Shown here in pieces: positions 1 to 8,455 of a stretch of 64,000 bases of DNA. This DNA comes from Myxococcaceae bacterium (lineage in GTDB: Bacteria; Myxococcota; Myxococcia; Myxococcales; Myxococcaceae): positions 34,908 to 98,907 of the forward strand of contig JBILEB010000006.1 of assembly GCA_044352295.1 (NCBI GenBank), written 5' to 3'. Made by a program: the position numbers and the translations under genes. How positions within the stretch are numbered: position 1 is the first letter of the stretch; the number at the start of each line of letters is the position of its first letter. The notes beneath the pieces were generated by a model that saw nothing but the letters and a program-made list of their open reading frames with translations, had not been told where the DNA came from and searched no databases.

Positions 1-624
1 CTGGTAGCGCAGGTCGAGGTCCTGGCCCTTCGCGCCGGCGCCGAGGCCCGAGGGGCTCGAGACGGGCTGGTTGAGCTGCATCGGTTGAGGCTGGGCCATG
101 GCGGAGGTCAGGGGCAAGGGGGCGGGAGCAAAACCACGCTGCGGCTGGGCCTCGGGCGCGGTGACGTGCGGCATGGAAGGCGGCGAGAAATCGTCGGAGG
201 GCGGCTTGCGGCCACCGCCGCGGGGCGGAGGAGGAGGCATGGGCTGGGGTTCCTCGAGGATGAGGTCAGTGGCGGCGGGTGGAGGCGTAGGCAGCTGCAG
301 CATGGTCGAGTCCCCGACGTCGGACTCGGAGTCGGCGGTGATCTGGTCGGCGAAGAACTCGCCGACCTCGCCGGTGAACTTGTCGAGGTAGTCGCCTCCG
401 ACGACCCGCTCCCCCTGATCGGTGAGCTTGAGCTGGGCCTCGCGATCCATCGCGATGTAGTGAAACTTGCGGAGGAAGAAGAAGTAGCTGTCGAACTCGA
501 GACTGACGCTGTTCTCCAGCGAGGTCTTGACGTCCGCCAGCTTGTTCGAGCGGCCGAGCCGCCCGTTCTCCTTCAGGCTCTTCAGGATGAAGAGCGCGTC
601 CCCGCTGACCTTGTCTCTCGTCAT
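1..624 (-). CDS. hypothetical protein, 3' end outside window (globular N-terminus followed by Pro/Gln-rich tail)
   Basis: Own translation of the minus strand from ATG (rc of 622-624): MTRDKVSGDALFILKSLKENGRLGRSNKLADVKTSLENSVSLEFDSYFFFLRKFHYIAMDREAQLKLTDQGERVVGGDYLDKF..., then PTPPPAATD..PMPPPPPRGGGRKPP. It is open to position 1, so it is absent from the ORF track. It starts 20 nt after the response-regulator stop. Its composition is protein-like, whereas the overlapping + ORF 85..714 is a Gly/Arg-rich shadow. Confidence 0.5.
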   Translation of the reverse strand, partial: MTRDKVSGDALFILKSLKENGRLGRSNKLADVKTSLENSVSLEFDSYFFFLRKFHYIAMDREAQLKLTDQGERVVGGDYLDKFTGEVGEFFADQITADSESDVGDSTMLQLPTPPPAATDLILEEPQPMPPPPPRGGGRKPPSDDFSPPSMPHVTAPEAQPQRGFAPAPLPLTSAMAQPQPMQLNQPVSSPSGLGAGAKGQDLDLRYQ

Positions 625-644
625 GGCCTGGGACATTCGTCCTT

Positions 645-1139
645 TCAGGTGATGCGCAGCAGTGTCTTTACGGTGTCCATCACGTCGGCGAACCGCACCG
701 GCTTCTTGAGGTAACTCGTCACGCCGAGCTTCATGGCGCGGTCCTTCGCGTCCTCCCCGCCCGCCGAGATCGCCACCACCGGCAGCGCCTTGAGCCTGGG
801 CTCGGAGCGGATCTTCTCGATGAGCTGAAACCCGTCCATCACCGGCATGTACAGATCGGTCATGACGAGGTGGAACTCGGAGTCGATGAGCAGCGCCATG
901 GCCGCGTGCCCGTCGGCGGCGAAGTGCACCTCGAGGGGCGTGGTGCCCTTGAGCTCGTTGGCCGCGAGCTTCTTGAGCACGTAGCTGTACATCTCGATGA
1001 TGTGTGGGTTGTCTTCGACGATGAGCACACGGTACCCGGACGGTGCCGTGCCGCTCGCCGCCTGGCTGTGTTCGGACCCCACGCTCACGATGATGGACGC
1101 CTCGTCACGCGCTCGCCAACTGAAGAACCCTGAAGCCAC
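645..1139 (-). CDS. single-domain response regulator (CheY-like receiver)
   Basis: Receiver-domain motifs: RVLIVEDNP, phospho-acceptor context LVMTDLYMPVMDG, conserved Lys context YLKKP. The most upstream start is GTG at 1139, so the exact start is uncertain. Confidence 0.85.
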   Translation of the reverse strand: MASGFFSWRARDEASIIVSVGSEHSQAASGTAPSGYRVLIVEDNPHIIEMYSYVLKKLAANELKGTTPLEVHFAADGHAAMALLIDSEFHLVMTDLYMPVMDGFQLIEKIRSEPRLKALPVVAISAGGEDAKDRAMKLGVTSYLKKPVRFADVMDTVKTLLRIT

Positions 1140-1255
1140 ACCCCTTTTTGCCCGAGGTCAACTTCCTTTCGGGGCTCCGAGGCTGAAGTTCGTGAGCGTT
1201 TCTCATTGATTCGCGGCAGGTGGGGGCGTCTGCCGCGAAGTGCTACAGGGGCTTC

Positions 1256-1678
1256 ATGCGCGTGTGGTGGGTGTCGATTGTCGTGGTGGCCAGTTGTCGC
1301 TGTGAGGAAAGCCGGGAAAAGCCGGTCGTCGCCGAGGTCCCGCTGGCGCCAGCGCCGACGTCCGTCGCCGAGCCCCCACCGCTGCTCGCGTCGGCGACCT
1401 GGATTCAGCAGCGCCTGACGCCCCTGCGCACCGATCTCCAGGCGCGGATCGAATACGGACCGACGTCGAGCCCGCTGTCGGTCCAGCTCGAGCTGCCGCC
1501 GGGTGTGCAGGTGACGCAGGGCCGGACCTTCTTCGTCCTCGATCCGACCGCCGAGCCCCGAGTGCACGTCGAGGGGCTGTCGCTGGCCAGCGAGGCCCTG
1601 CCGGTGAAAGACGTGGTGTTGGTGCTGTCCAGCGGGGGTCGAACGCTGCGCGAGCCGTACCGTTTTGGCCGGCGCTGA
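1256..1678 (+). CDS. hypothetical lipoprotein
   Basis: ATG at 1256 gives MRVWWVSIVVVASC (signal peptide plus lipobox-like VVASC). The remainder has normal composition. No recognisable domain. Confidence 0.5.
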   Translation: MRVWWVSIVVVASCRCEESREKPVVAEVPLAPAPTSVAEPPPLLASATWIQQRLTPLRTDLQARIEYGPTSSPLSVQLELPPGVQVTQGRTFFVLDPTAEPRVHVEGLSLASEALPVKDVVLVLSSGGRTLREPYRFGRR

Positions 1679-1799
1679 ACCGGAGGGCTGATCCGACCGG
1701 TTCAAGCAGTCGCGCTCATCCATCGAGGCGATCGAAGTCCGCCTGACGCTTGGGTTTTCGTTGACGTGGCCGGAGCGTGCACCTACGAACCGCGCCGCC

Positions 1800-2288
1800 A
1801 TGTCGGACCCCCTGTTCACCCCCGCGGAGCAGCAGCGCTTCGACGAGCAGATCGCCGAGCTCCTCACGCATTACCCCCCTGAGCGAAAGAGCGCGGCGAT
1901 GCTGCCGGCGCTGCGCGTGCTCCAGACCCTCAAGGGCTGGCTGCCGCCCGAGGGCATGAAGCTGGTCGCCGAGCGCCTCGAGACGACGGTGCCCCACTGC
2001 TACGAGGTGGCCACGTTCTACGTGATGTTCCACACCGAGAAGCCGGGCAAGTACGTCATCGACGTCTGCACCAACCTCTCCTGTGCGCTGCGCGGCGCCG
2101 AGGGCCTGCTCAAGTACATGGAGCAGAAGCTCGGCCAGCCCGCCGGCACCCGCACCGAGAAGTACTTCCTCCGTGAGACCGAGTGCCTGGCCAGCTGCGG
2201 CACCGCGCCGTGCTTCCAGGTGAACGAGGATCACTTCGAGAACCTCAACCGCGAGAAGGTGGACCGCATCCTGGAGAAGTTGACATGA
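1800..2288 (+). CDS. nuoE: NADH-quinone oxidoreductase subunit E (24 kDa, 2Fe-2S)
   Basis: MSDPLFTPAEQQRFDEQIAELLTHYP.., Cys ligand pattern CTNLSC...ECLASCGTAPC. ATG at 1800. Its stop overlaps the nuoF ATG (ATGA at 2285-2288). Confidence 0.9.
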   Translation: MSDPLFTPAEQQRFDEQIAELLTHYPPERKSAAMLPALRVLQTLKGWLPPEGMKLVAERLETTVPHCYEVATFYVMFHTEKPGKYVIDVCTNLSCALRGAEGLLKYMEQKLGQPAGTRTEKYFLRETECLASCGTAPCFQVNEDHFENLNREKVDRILEKLT

Positions 2289-3625
2289 GCGTCCTCACCG
2301 AGAAGGTCATGACCCGCGACTGGGAGCAGCCCGGTCAGAACACGCTCGCCGGGTACAAGCAGCGCGGCGGGTACCAGCAGCTCAAGAAGGTGCTCGACTC
2401 GCTGCAGCCCCCGCAGGTCACCGACGAGGTGAAGAAGTCGAACCTTCGAGGCCGCGGCGGCGCTGGGTTCCCCACTGGCCTCAAGTGGAGCTTCGTTCCG
2501 CCCCTCGAGAAGAACAACAAGCCGCGCTACCTCGCCATCAACGCCGACGAGTCCGAGCCCGGCACCGCGAAGGACCGCTTCATCCTCGAGTACGACCCCC
2601 ATCTGCTCCTCGAGGGCATCGGTATCGCCTGCTACGCGCTCGGTGCGCACACCTGCTACATCTACTCGCGGGGTGAGTTCAAATACCCCTCGAGCGTGCT
2701 CGACAAGGCGATCGCCGAGGCCTACGCCGACGGCATCTTCGGCAAGAAGCTGATGGGGAAGGACTTCGAGCTCAACGTCTACCAGGTGCGTGGCGCGGGC
2801 GCGTACATCTGCGGCGAAGAGACGGCGCTGCTCGAGTCACTCGAAGGCAAGAAGGGCTGGCCCCGCCTCAAGCCGCCCTTCCCCGCCGTCGTCGGCCTCT
2901 TCGGCTGCCCCACGGTGGTGAACAACGTCGAGACCATCGCCGCGCTGCCGCGCATCTTCGAGAAGGGCTCCGACTGGTTCGCGAAGCTGGGCGCGGCGAA
3001 GTCCGGTGGCACGCGGCTGGTGACGCTCTCGGGCTCGGTGCTCCGGCCGGGCACCTACGAAGTGTCGATGGACACCTCGCTGCGAGAGCTCATCTACGAC
3101 AAGGCCTACGGCCAGGGCCTGCCCGAGGGTCGGTCGGTGAAGGCCGTCATTCCCGGAGGCTCGTCCGCGCCGGTGCTGACCGCCGACGAGATCGACGTGA
3201 AGCTCGAGTTCGACGCCTTCAAGCCGCTGCAGTCGATGGCGGGCTCCGGCGGCATCATCGTGATGGACGACCAGACCTGCGTGGTGCGCAGCCTGTGGCG
3301 CGTCGCGCGCTTCTACGCGGAAGAGTCGTGCGGCCAGTGCACGCCGTGCCGCGAGGGCCAGCCGTGGATGACGCGCATCATCCGGAAGATCGAAGAGGGC
3401 CGCGGCGACATGGCCGACCTCGACACCCTGATGAACGTGGCCCAGGCCATCGCGCCATGGCCGCCCATCGGTCTGGGGAACACCATCTGCGCGCTCGGGG
3501 ACGCCGGCGCACTCCCGGTGCAGTCGTTCGTGCAGAAGTTCCGCGCGGACTTCGAGGCGCACATCACCCGCAAGGGCTGCCCGTACGGTGAAAAGCCGTG
3601 GGGCGCGTTCGGGGAGTTCCAGTGA
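2285..3625 (+). CDS. nuoF: NADH-quinone oxidoreductase subunit F (51 kDa, FMN/NADH, 4Fe-4S)
   Basis: GRGGAGFPTGLKW (FMN/NADH site), ESCGQCTPCREG (4Fe-4S cluster). The start MSVLTEKVMTRDWEQ at 2285 is preferred over the track's extended 2183 start, which overlaps nuoE. Confidence 0.95.
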   Translation: MSVLTEKVMTRDWEQPGQNTLAGYKQRGGYQQLKKVLDSLQPPQVTDEVKKSNLRGRGGAGFPTGLKWSFVPPLEKNNKPRYLAINADESEPGTAKDRFILEYDPHLLLEGIGIACYALGAHTCYIYSRGEFKYPSSVLDKAIAEAYADGIFGKKLMGKDFELNVYQVRGAGAYICGEETALLESLEGKKGWPRLKPPFPAVVGLFGCPTVVNNVETIAALPRIFEKGSDWFAKLGAAKSGGTRLVTLSGSVLRPGTYEVSMDTSLRELIYDKAYGQGLPEGRSVKAVIPGGSSAPVLTADEIDVKLEFDAFKPLQSMAGSGGIIVMDDQTCVVRSLWRVARFYAEESCGQCTPCREGQPWMTRIIRKIEEGRGDMADLDTLMNVAQAIAPWPPIGLGNTICALGDAGALPVQSFVQKFRADFEAHITRKGCPYGEKPWGAFGEFQ

Positions 3626-4137
3626 TCGCCGAACAGATCCTCTTCTGGTTGTTCGCCGTGGGCACCATCGTCTCCGCGGTGGGCGTCATCTTCGTCCGCA
3701 ACCCGGTGGCCAGCGCGATGTCGCTGGTGGCGAGCTTCTTCTTCCTCGCCGGCATCTACGTGCTGCTGTGGGCGCACACCATCGCGGTGCTCCAGGTGCT
3801 CGTCTATGCGGGCGCCATCATGGTGCTCTTCCTCTTCGTCATCATGCTGCTGTCGTTGACCGACACCGGGCCCATCGCGCAGGTGTCTCCGTCGCGAATC
3901 GCTGGTGCACTCGCCACCGCGGCCCTGCTCGCGTCCCTGGTGATGGCGTTCCGCAAGCTGCCGGTCTCTGACTCGGTGGCCTGGGCCTCGGACGCAGGGC
4001 GGCTGGCGACCTTCGGATCCATCAAGCAGCTCGGCGCGGTGCTCTACACCCAGTGGCTGTTCCCGTTCGAAGCCGTCTCGCTCCTGCTGCTGGTGGCCAT
4101 CGTCGGCGCGGTGGTGGTGGCGAAGTCGCGCATCTGA
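3622..4137 (+). CDS. nuoJ: NADH-quinone oxidoreductase subunit J
   Basis: VIAEQILFWLFAVGTIVSAVGVIFVRNPVASAMSLV.., typical NuoJ membrane profile. GTG at 3622 overlaps the nuoF stop (GTGA). Confidence 0.9.
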   Translation: MIAEQILFWLFAVGTIVSAVGVIFVRNPVASAMSLVASFFFLAGIYVLLWAHTIAVLQVLVYAGAIMVLFLFVIMLLSLTDTGPIAQVSPSRIAGALATAALLASLVMAFRKLPVSDSVAWASDAGRLATFGSIKQLGAVLYTQWLFPFEAVSLLLLVAIVGAVVVAKSRI

Positions 4138-4171
4138 AGCGCCCGTCAAGACTCTCGGGGAGAACCGATTC

Positions 4172-4480
4172 ATGCCAGTCGTCCCAACGGCCAACTACCT
4201 CATCCTCGCGGCGGCGCTGTTCTGCGTCGGCATGCTCGGCGTGCTCATTCGGCGCAACGCCCTCGTCGTCTTCATGTGCATCGAGCTGATGCTGAACGCG
4301 GCGAACCTCACGTTCCTCGCGTTCGCCCGGGAGCGCGGTGACGTCACCGGGCACATCTCGCCCTTCTTCATCATCGCAGTGGCCGCGGCCGAAGCGGCGG
4401 TCGGCCTCGCCATCGTCATCTCGGTGTTCCGCAACCGCGGCACCGTGAACATCGAAGAGATCCAGTCGATGAAGCACTGA
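4172..4480 (+). CDS. nuoK: NADH-quinone oxidoreductase subunit K
   Basis: 102 aa, 3-TM profile, CIELMLNAANLTFLAF motif with conserved Glu. GGGGAG ribosome-binding site upstream. Confidence 0.92.
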   Translation: MPVVPTANYLILAAALFCVGMLGVLIRRNALVVFMCIELMLNAANLTFLAFARERGDVTGHISPFFIIAVAAAEAAVGLAIVISVFRNRGTVNIEEIQSMKH

Positions 4481-4502
4481 CCGGAAAGCACGAGCGAACG
4501 TC

Positions 4503-6710
4503 ATGCAGAAACTCGTCGAGTTCTTCCAGACGGCCCCGGTCGACCCGCAGCAGGCGGGCCAGATGCTGTGGCTCATCATCCTCTTGCCGCTCATCGGCGC
4601 CTTCGTCACCGGCGTCTTCGGCAAGATCATCGGCCGCGCCAACACGCACCTGGTCGCGGTGGGCGCGGTGTTCGGCAGCTTCCTGCTGTCGCTGGTGGTC
4701 TTCTGGACCATCAACGACTACCGGGCCGCCGCCACGACGCCGTTCGGGAGCGTCAACTACGCGGTCGGCTTCGACTACGGCACCTGGTTCTCCGCGGGCA
4801 CCTTCAAGGTGACGTTCGGCCTGATGGCCGACCACCTGTCGGGCTCGATGCTGCTCGTCATCACCGGCGTGGGCTTCCTCATCCACCTGTACTCCACCGA
4901 GTACATGAGCCACGACGACGGGTACTGGCGCTTCTTCGCGTACCTGAACCTCTTCGTCGCGGCGATGTTGACGCTGGTGCTCGGGGACTCGCTCCCGCTG
5001 CTGTTCGTGGGCTGGGAAGGCGTGGGCATGTGCAGCTACCTGCTCATCGGCTTCTGGTACACCGACCCGGCCAAGGCCTTCGCGGGCCGCAAGGCGTTCA
5101 TCACCAACCGCATCGGCGACTTCGGCTTCCTCGTCGGGAGCTTCCTGCTGGTGCTGCTGCTCGACGGCGCGACGCGCCTGCCTCCGGAGAACGCCTCGAA
5201 GCTCGGCCGGCCCGGACTCGAGGGCACCTCGGTGCTCGCGCGGCTCAACGACGGGATGAAGCAGAAGGGCCCGCTCGCCGTGTCGGTGCTCGAGGAGGGC
5301 TCGAAGGTGTTCGCGTCGATCCTCGACGAGAAGCTGCCGGCCGGAAGCCCGCTCGAGGGTCACACCTTCGGCTGGTGGCTCACCGCGGCGCTGCTCCTCT
5401 TCATGCTCGGCGCGGCCGGCAAGTCGGCGCAGATCCCGCTCTACGTGTGGCTGCCAGACGCCATGGCCGGCCCCACGCCGGTGTCCGCCCTCATCCACGC
5501 GGCGACGATGGTGACCTCGGGCATCTACCTGTTCTGCCGAATCAGCTACCTCGCAGTGCTCTCACCGTACGCGATGGCCACCATCGCGCTCATCGGCGGC
5601 GCCACCGCGCTCGTCGCTGCGCTCATCGCCTTCAGCCAGAAGGGCCTCAAGAAGGTTCTGGCGTACTCGACGGTGTCGCAGCTGGGCCTCATGTTCCTCG
5701 GCATCGGCGCTGGCGCGTTCTGGGCCGCGTTCCTCCACGTCGTCACCCACGCGTTCTTCAAGGCCTGCCTCTTCCTCGGCGCGGGCAGCGTGATGCACGG
5801 AAACGGCGACGAAGAGGACATCACGAAGCTGGGCAACCTTCGCAAGGAGATGCCCACCACCTGGGCCACCTTCCTCGTCGCGACGCTGGCCATCACCGGC
5901 ATCGTCCCGCTGTCGGGTTTCTTCTCGAAGGACGCCATCCTCCACGCGGCGCACGTGAACACGATTCCGAGCCTCTCGTGGGCGCTGTCGGCCGCTTGGA
6001 TCCTCGGCATCGTCACCGCGGGCTGCACGGCCTTCTACATGATGCGCATGTACTTCGTGGCGTTCGAGTACCCGCGCTCGCCCGAGGCGAAGACGCCGCA
6101 CGCCCACGAGTCGAGCTGGCACATGACACTCCCGCTGGTGGTGCTCGCGGTGCTCTCGGTGGTCGCGCTCGTGCACGGCCTGCCCATCATGAAGCCCGAG
6201 GGTCGCAACACGATTCAGACGCTGATGGAGAACTTCCTCGACCCGGTCTTCCGCACCACGAACGACAACCTGCTCAAGACCGGCTTCGTGAAGGTCGCGC
6301 CCGAGGAGCACGTGCCGTGGGGCGCCTACCTTCAGGCGTGGATCATCGCGCTGACCGGCGGTGGCCTCGCGTTCTTCCTCTACATGCGCTTCTTCCCGTC
6401 GAGGAAGGGCCAGCCGCTGCCGGGGCCGCTCGAGGGCCTGCGCACGCTGTCGTGGAACAAGTTCTACGTCGACGAGGGGTACCAGCTCCTCATCATCCGC
6501 CCGGTGTCGATGGTGGCCCGCATCCTGTGGCGGGTCGTGGACTCGATCCTCATCGACGGCGTGGCGGTGAAGGGCACCGCGTGGGTGACGAAGCAGAGCG
6601 GTTCGGTCTTGCGCTACCTGCAGACGGGTGACGCGCAGGCCTACGCCGCCATCATGGCGCTCGGGCTGGCCGGCGCTCTCGTGTGGATCCTCCAGAGGTA
6701 CGCGCTGTGA
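4503..6710 (+). CDS. nuoL: NADH-quinone oxidoreductase subunit L (long form, 735 aa)
   Basis: GWEGVGMCSYLLIGFWY and PDAMAGPTPVSALIHAATMV antiporter-like motifs. Carries a hydrophilic insertion (see findings). Confidence 0.92.
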   Translation: MQKLVEFFQTAPVDPQQAGQMLWLIILLPLIGAFVTGVFGKIIGRANTHLVAVGAVFGSFLLSLVVFWTINDYRAAATTPFGSVNYAVGFDYGTWFSAGTFKVTFGLMADHLSGSMLLVITGVGFLIHLYSTEYMSHDDGYWRFFAYLNLFVAAMLTLVLGDSLPLLFVGWEGVGMCSYLLIGFWYTDPAKAFAGRKAFITNRIGDFGFLVGSFLLVLLLDGATRLPPENASKLGRPGLEGTSVLARLNDGMKQKGPLAVSVLEEGSKVFASILDEKLPAGSPLEGHTFGWWLTAALLLFMLGAAGKSAQIPLYVWLPDAMAGPTPVSALIHAATMVTSGIYLFCRISYLAVLSPYAMATIALIGGATALVAALIAFSQKGLKKVLAYSTVSQLGLMFLGIGAGAFWAAFLHVVTHAFFKACLFLGAGSVMHGNGDEEDITKLGNLRKEMPTTWATFLVATLAITGIVPLSGFFSKDAILHAAHVNTIPSLSWALSAAWILGIVTAGCTAFYMMRMYFVAFEYPRSPEAKTPHAHESSWHMTLPLVVLAVLSVVALVHGLPIMKPEGRNTIQTLMENFLDPVFRTTNDNLLKTGFVKVAPEEHVPWGAYLQAWIIALTGGGLAFFLYMRFFPSRKGQPLPGPLEGLRTLSWNKFYVDEGYQLLIIRPVSMVARILWRVVDSILIDGVAVKGTAWVTKQSGSVLRYLQTGDAQAYAAIMALGLAGALVWILQRYAL

Positions 6711-8440
6711 CGAGCGTCTTCGACTCCCGCATCTTGAACCTGGTCATCTTCTCGCCACTCTTCTTCGCGGCGCTGCTGGTGTTCCTGCCGAAGACCGAGA
6801 AGTGGCAGATCCGCGCGCTGACGCTCGTGGGCATGCTGGTGAACCTCGCCACCTGCGTCTGGGCGTGGGTGCGGTTCATTCCCGCGAGCCCGGTGGAGTT
6901 CCAGCTCGAGTACCGTATGCGGTGGATCGACGAGCTGGGCCTCAGCTACCACGTCGGCATCGACGGCCTGGCGATGACGCTGGTGATGCTGACCGGCATC
7001 CTGGGGCCCCTCGTGGTGCTCGCGTCGTGGACCTACATCGACGAGCGCGTGAAGGAGTTCCACCTCGCGTTGCTGGTGCTCCAGACGGCGATGCTCGGCG
7101 CGGTGTGCGCGCTCGACGTGCTGCTCTTCTACGTCTTCTTCGAGGCGATGCTCATCCCGATGTACCTCCTCATCGGCGTGTGGGGCGCCGAGGAGCGGCA
7201 GATGGCCGCCACCAAGTTCTTCCTCTACACGCTCGTCGGCTCGCTGCTGATGCTGGTGGCGATGCTGGCCGCGTACTTCCTCGCGGCGCCGTCCGGCGCT
7301 CGGAGCTTCGACTACGCCACGCTCTACAACGGGCTGATGTCGCTCAACCGCGAGGTGGCGGCGTGTACGGCGGCGGGTGACTGCTCGAACGTGTCTGCGG
7401 GGGCGCTGGCGATGGTGCGCTGGGGCCCCCTCATGTTCCTCGCGTTTGCGCTCGCCTTCGCGATCAAGGTGCCGATGTTCCCGGTGCACACCTGGTTGCC
7501 CGACGCGCACGTGCAGGCGCCGGTGGCCGGCTCGATGATCCTCGCAGGCGTGATGCTGAAGATGGGCACCTTCGGCTTCTGGCGCTTCGCGGTTCCGCTC
7601 TTCCCCGTCGCTGCGCGGCAGTACCAGGTGCCCATCAGCATCCTGGCCGTCATCGGCATCGTCTACGGCGCGCTCATGTGCCTCGCGCAGAAGGACATCA
7701 AGAAGCTCATCGCCTACTCGTCGGTGAGCCACCTCGGCTACTGCATGCTGGGCATGTTCGCCTTCACCGGCGAGGGCGCCACCGGCAGCGCGTACCAGAT
7801 GCTGAACCACGGCGTGTCGACCGGAGCGCTGTTCCTCCTCTTCGGCTTCCTCTACGAGCGCCGTCACGCGCGCCTGATGGCCGACTACGGCGGCATCGCG
7901 AAGGTCATGCCCATCTTCACGGCCTTCTTCCTGGTGGTGACCTTCTCGTCCATCGCGGTGCCTGGCACCAACGGCTTCGTCGGCGAGTTCCTCGTCCTGC
8001 TCGGCACCTTCAAGTCGAGCCTGCCGATGTGGATCGCCATCGCCGCCACCACCTGCGTCGTCCTCGGCGCGGCCTACATGTTGTGGATGGTGCAGAAGGT
8101 CTTCTTCGGCACGGTGACGCACCAGGAGAACCTGGGGCTCAAGGACCTCAGCCTGCGGGAGATCGCCGCCGCGGTGCCCCTGCTGGCCCTCATCGGCATC
8201 ATGGGCCTGCGCCCGCAGCCGGTGCTCGACCTGCTCAACCCCTCGACCGAGCGGTTCCTCGCGCGCGCCAACTACGCGTCGGGGAAGACGGACGCCGGCA
8301 CCGAGGACCAGAAGGTGCGCGTGCAGGTGCGCTCCCTGCCTCCGAAGGCGGCCTTCGCCGCGGCGCCGACCGCGATGCCGCGCTTCCTCCCGACGGGCCG
8401 CGTGCTTCCGGCCGCGGGCCTCAACCCACAGACGCCCTGA
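6707..8440 (+). CDS. nuoM: NADH-quinone oxidoreductase subunit M
   Basis: WLPDAHVQAPVAGSMILAGVMLKMG motif. GTG at 6707 overlaps the nuoL stop. The start VTSVFDSRILNLVIFSPLFF fits NuoM N-termini better than the track start at 6683. Confidence 0.9.
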   Translation: MTSVFDSRILNLVIFSPLFFAALLVFLPKTEKWQIRALTLVGMLVNLATCVWAWVRFIPASPVEFQLEYRMRWIDELGLSYHVGIDGLAMTLVMLTGILGPLVVLASWTYIDERVKEFHLALLVLQTAMLGAVCALDVLLFYVFFEAMLIPMYLLIGVWGAEERQMAATKFFLYTLVGSLLMLVAMLAAYFLAAPSGARSFDYATLYNGLMSLNREVAACTAAGDCSNVSAGALAMVRWGPLMFLAFALAFAIKVPMFPVHTWLPDAHVQAPVAGSMILAGVMLKMGTFGFWRFAVPLFPVAARQYQVPISILAVIGIVYGALMCLAQKDIKKLIAYSSVSHLGYCMLGMFAFTGEGATGSAYQMLNHGVSTGALFLLFGFLYERRHARLMADYGGIAKVMPIFTAFFLVVTFSSIAVPGTNGFVGEFLVLLGTFKSSLPMWIAIAATTCVVLGAAYMLWMVQKVFFGTVTHQENLGLKDLSLREIAAAVPLLALIGIMGLRPQPVLDLLNPSTERFLARANYASGKTDAGTEDQKVRVQVRSLPPKAAFAAAPTAMPRFLPTGRVLPAAGLNPQTP

Positions 8441-8455
8441 CGCCCTGGTGACCTC

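Noticed and set aside
2183-2284. Upstream extension of nuoF (track start 2183); similar long extensions occur on the ORFs for the kinase, hpf, PilZ-like, Usp, FAD oxidase and metalloprotease genes
   Set aside because: The extensions overlap the preceding genes or are Arg/Pro-rich. Internal ATG or GTG starts give canonical N-termini, signal peptides or lipoboxes, and often a ribosome-binding site or start/stop overlap.
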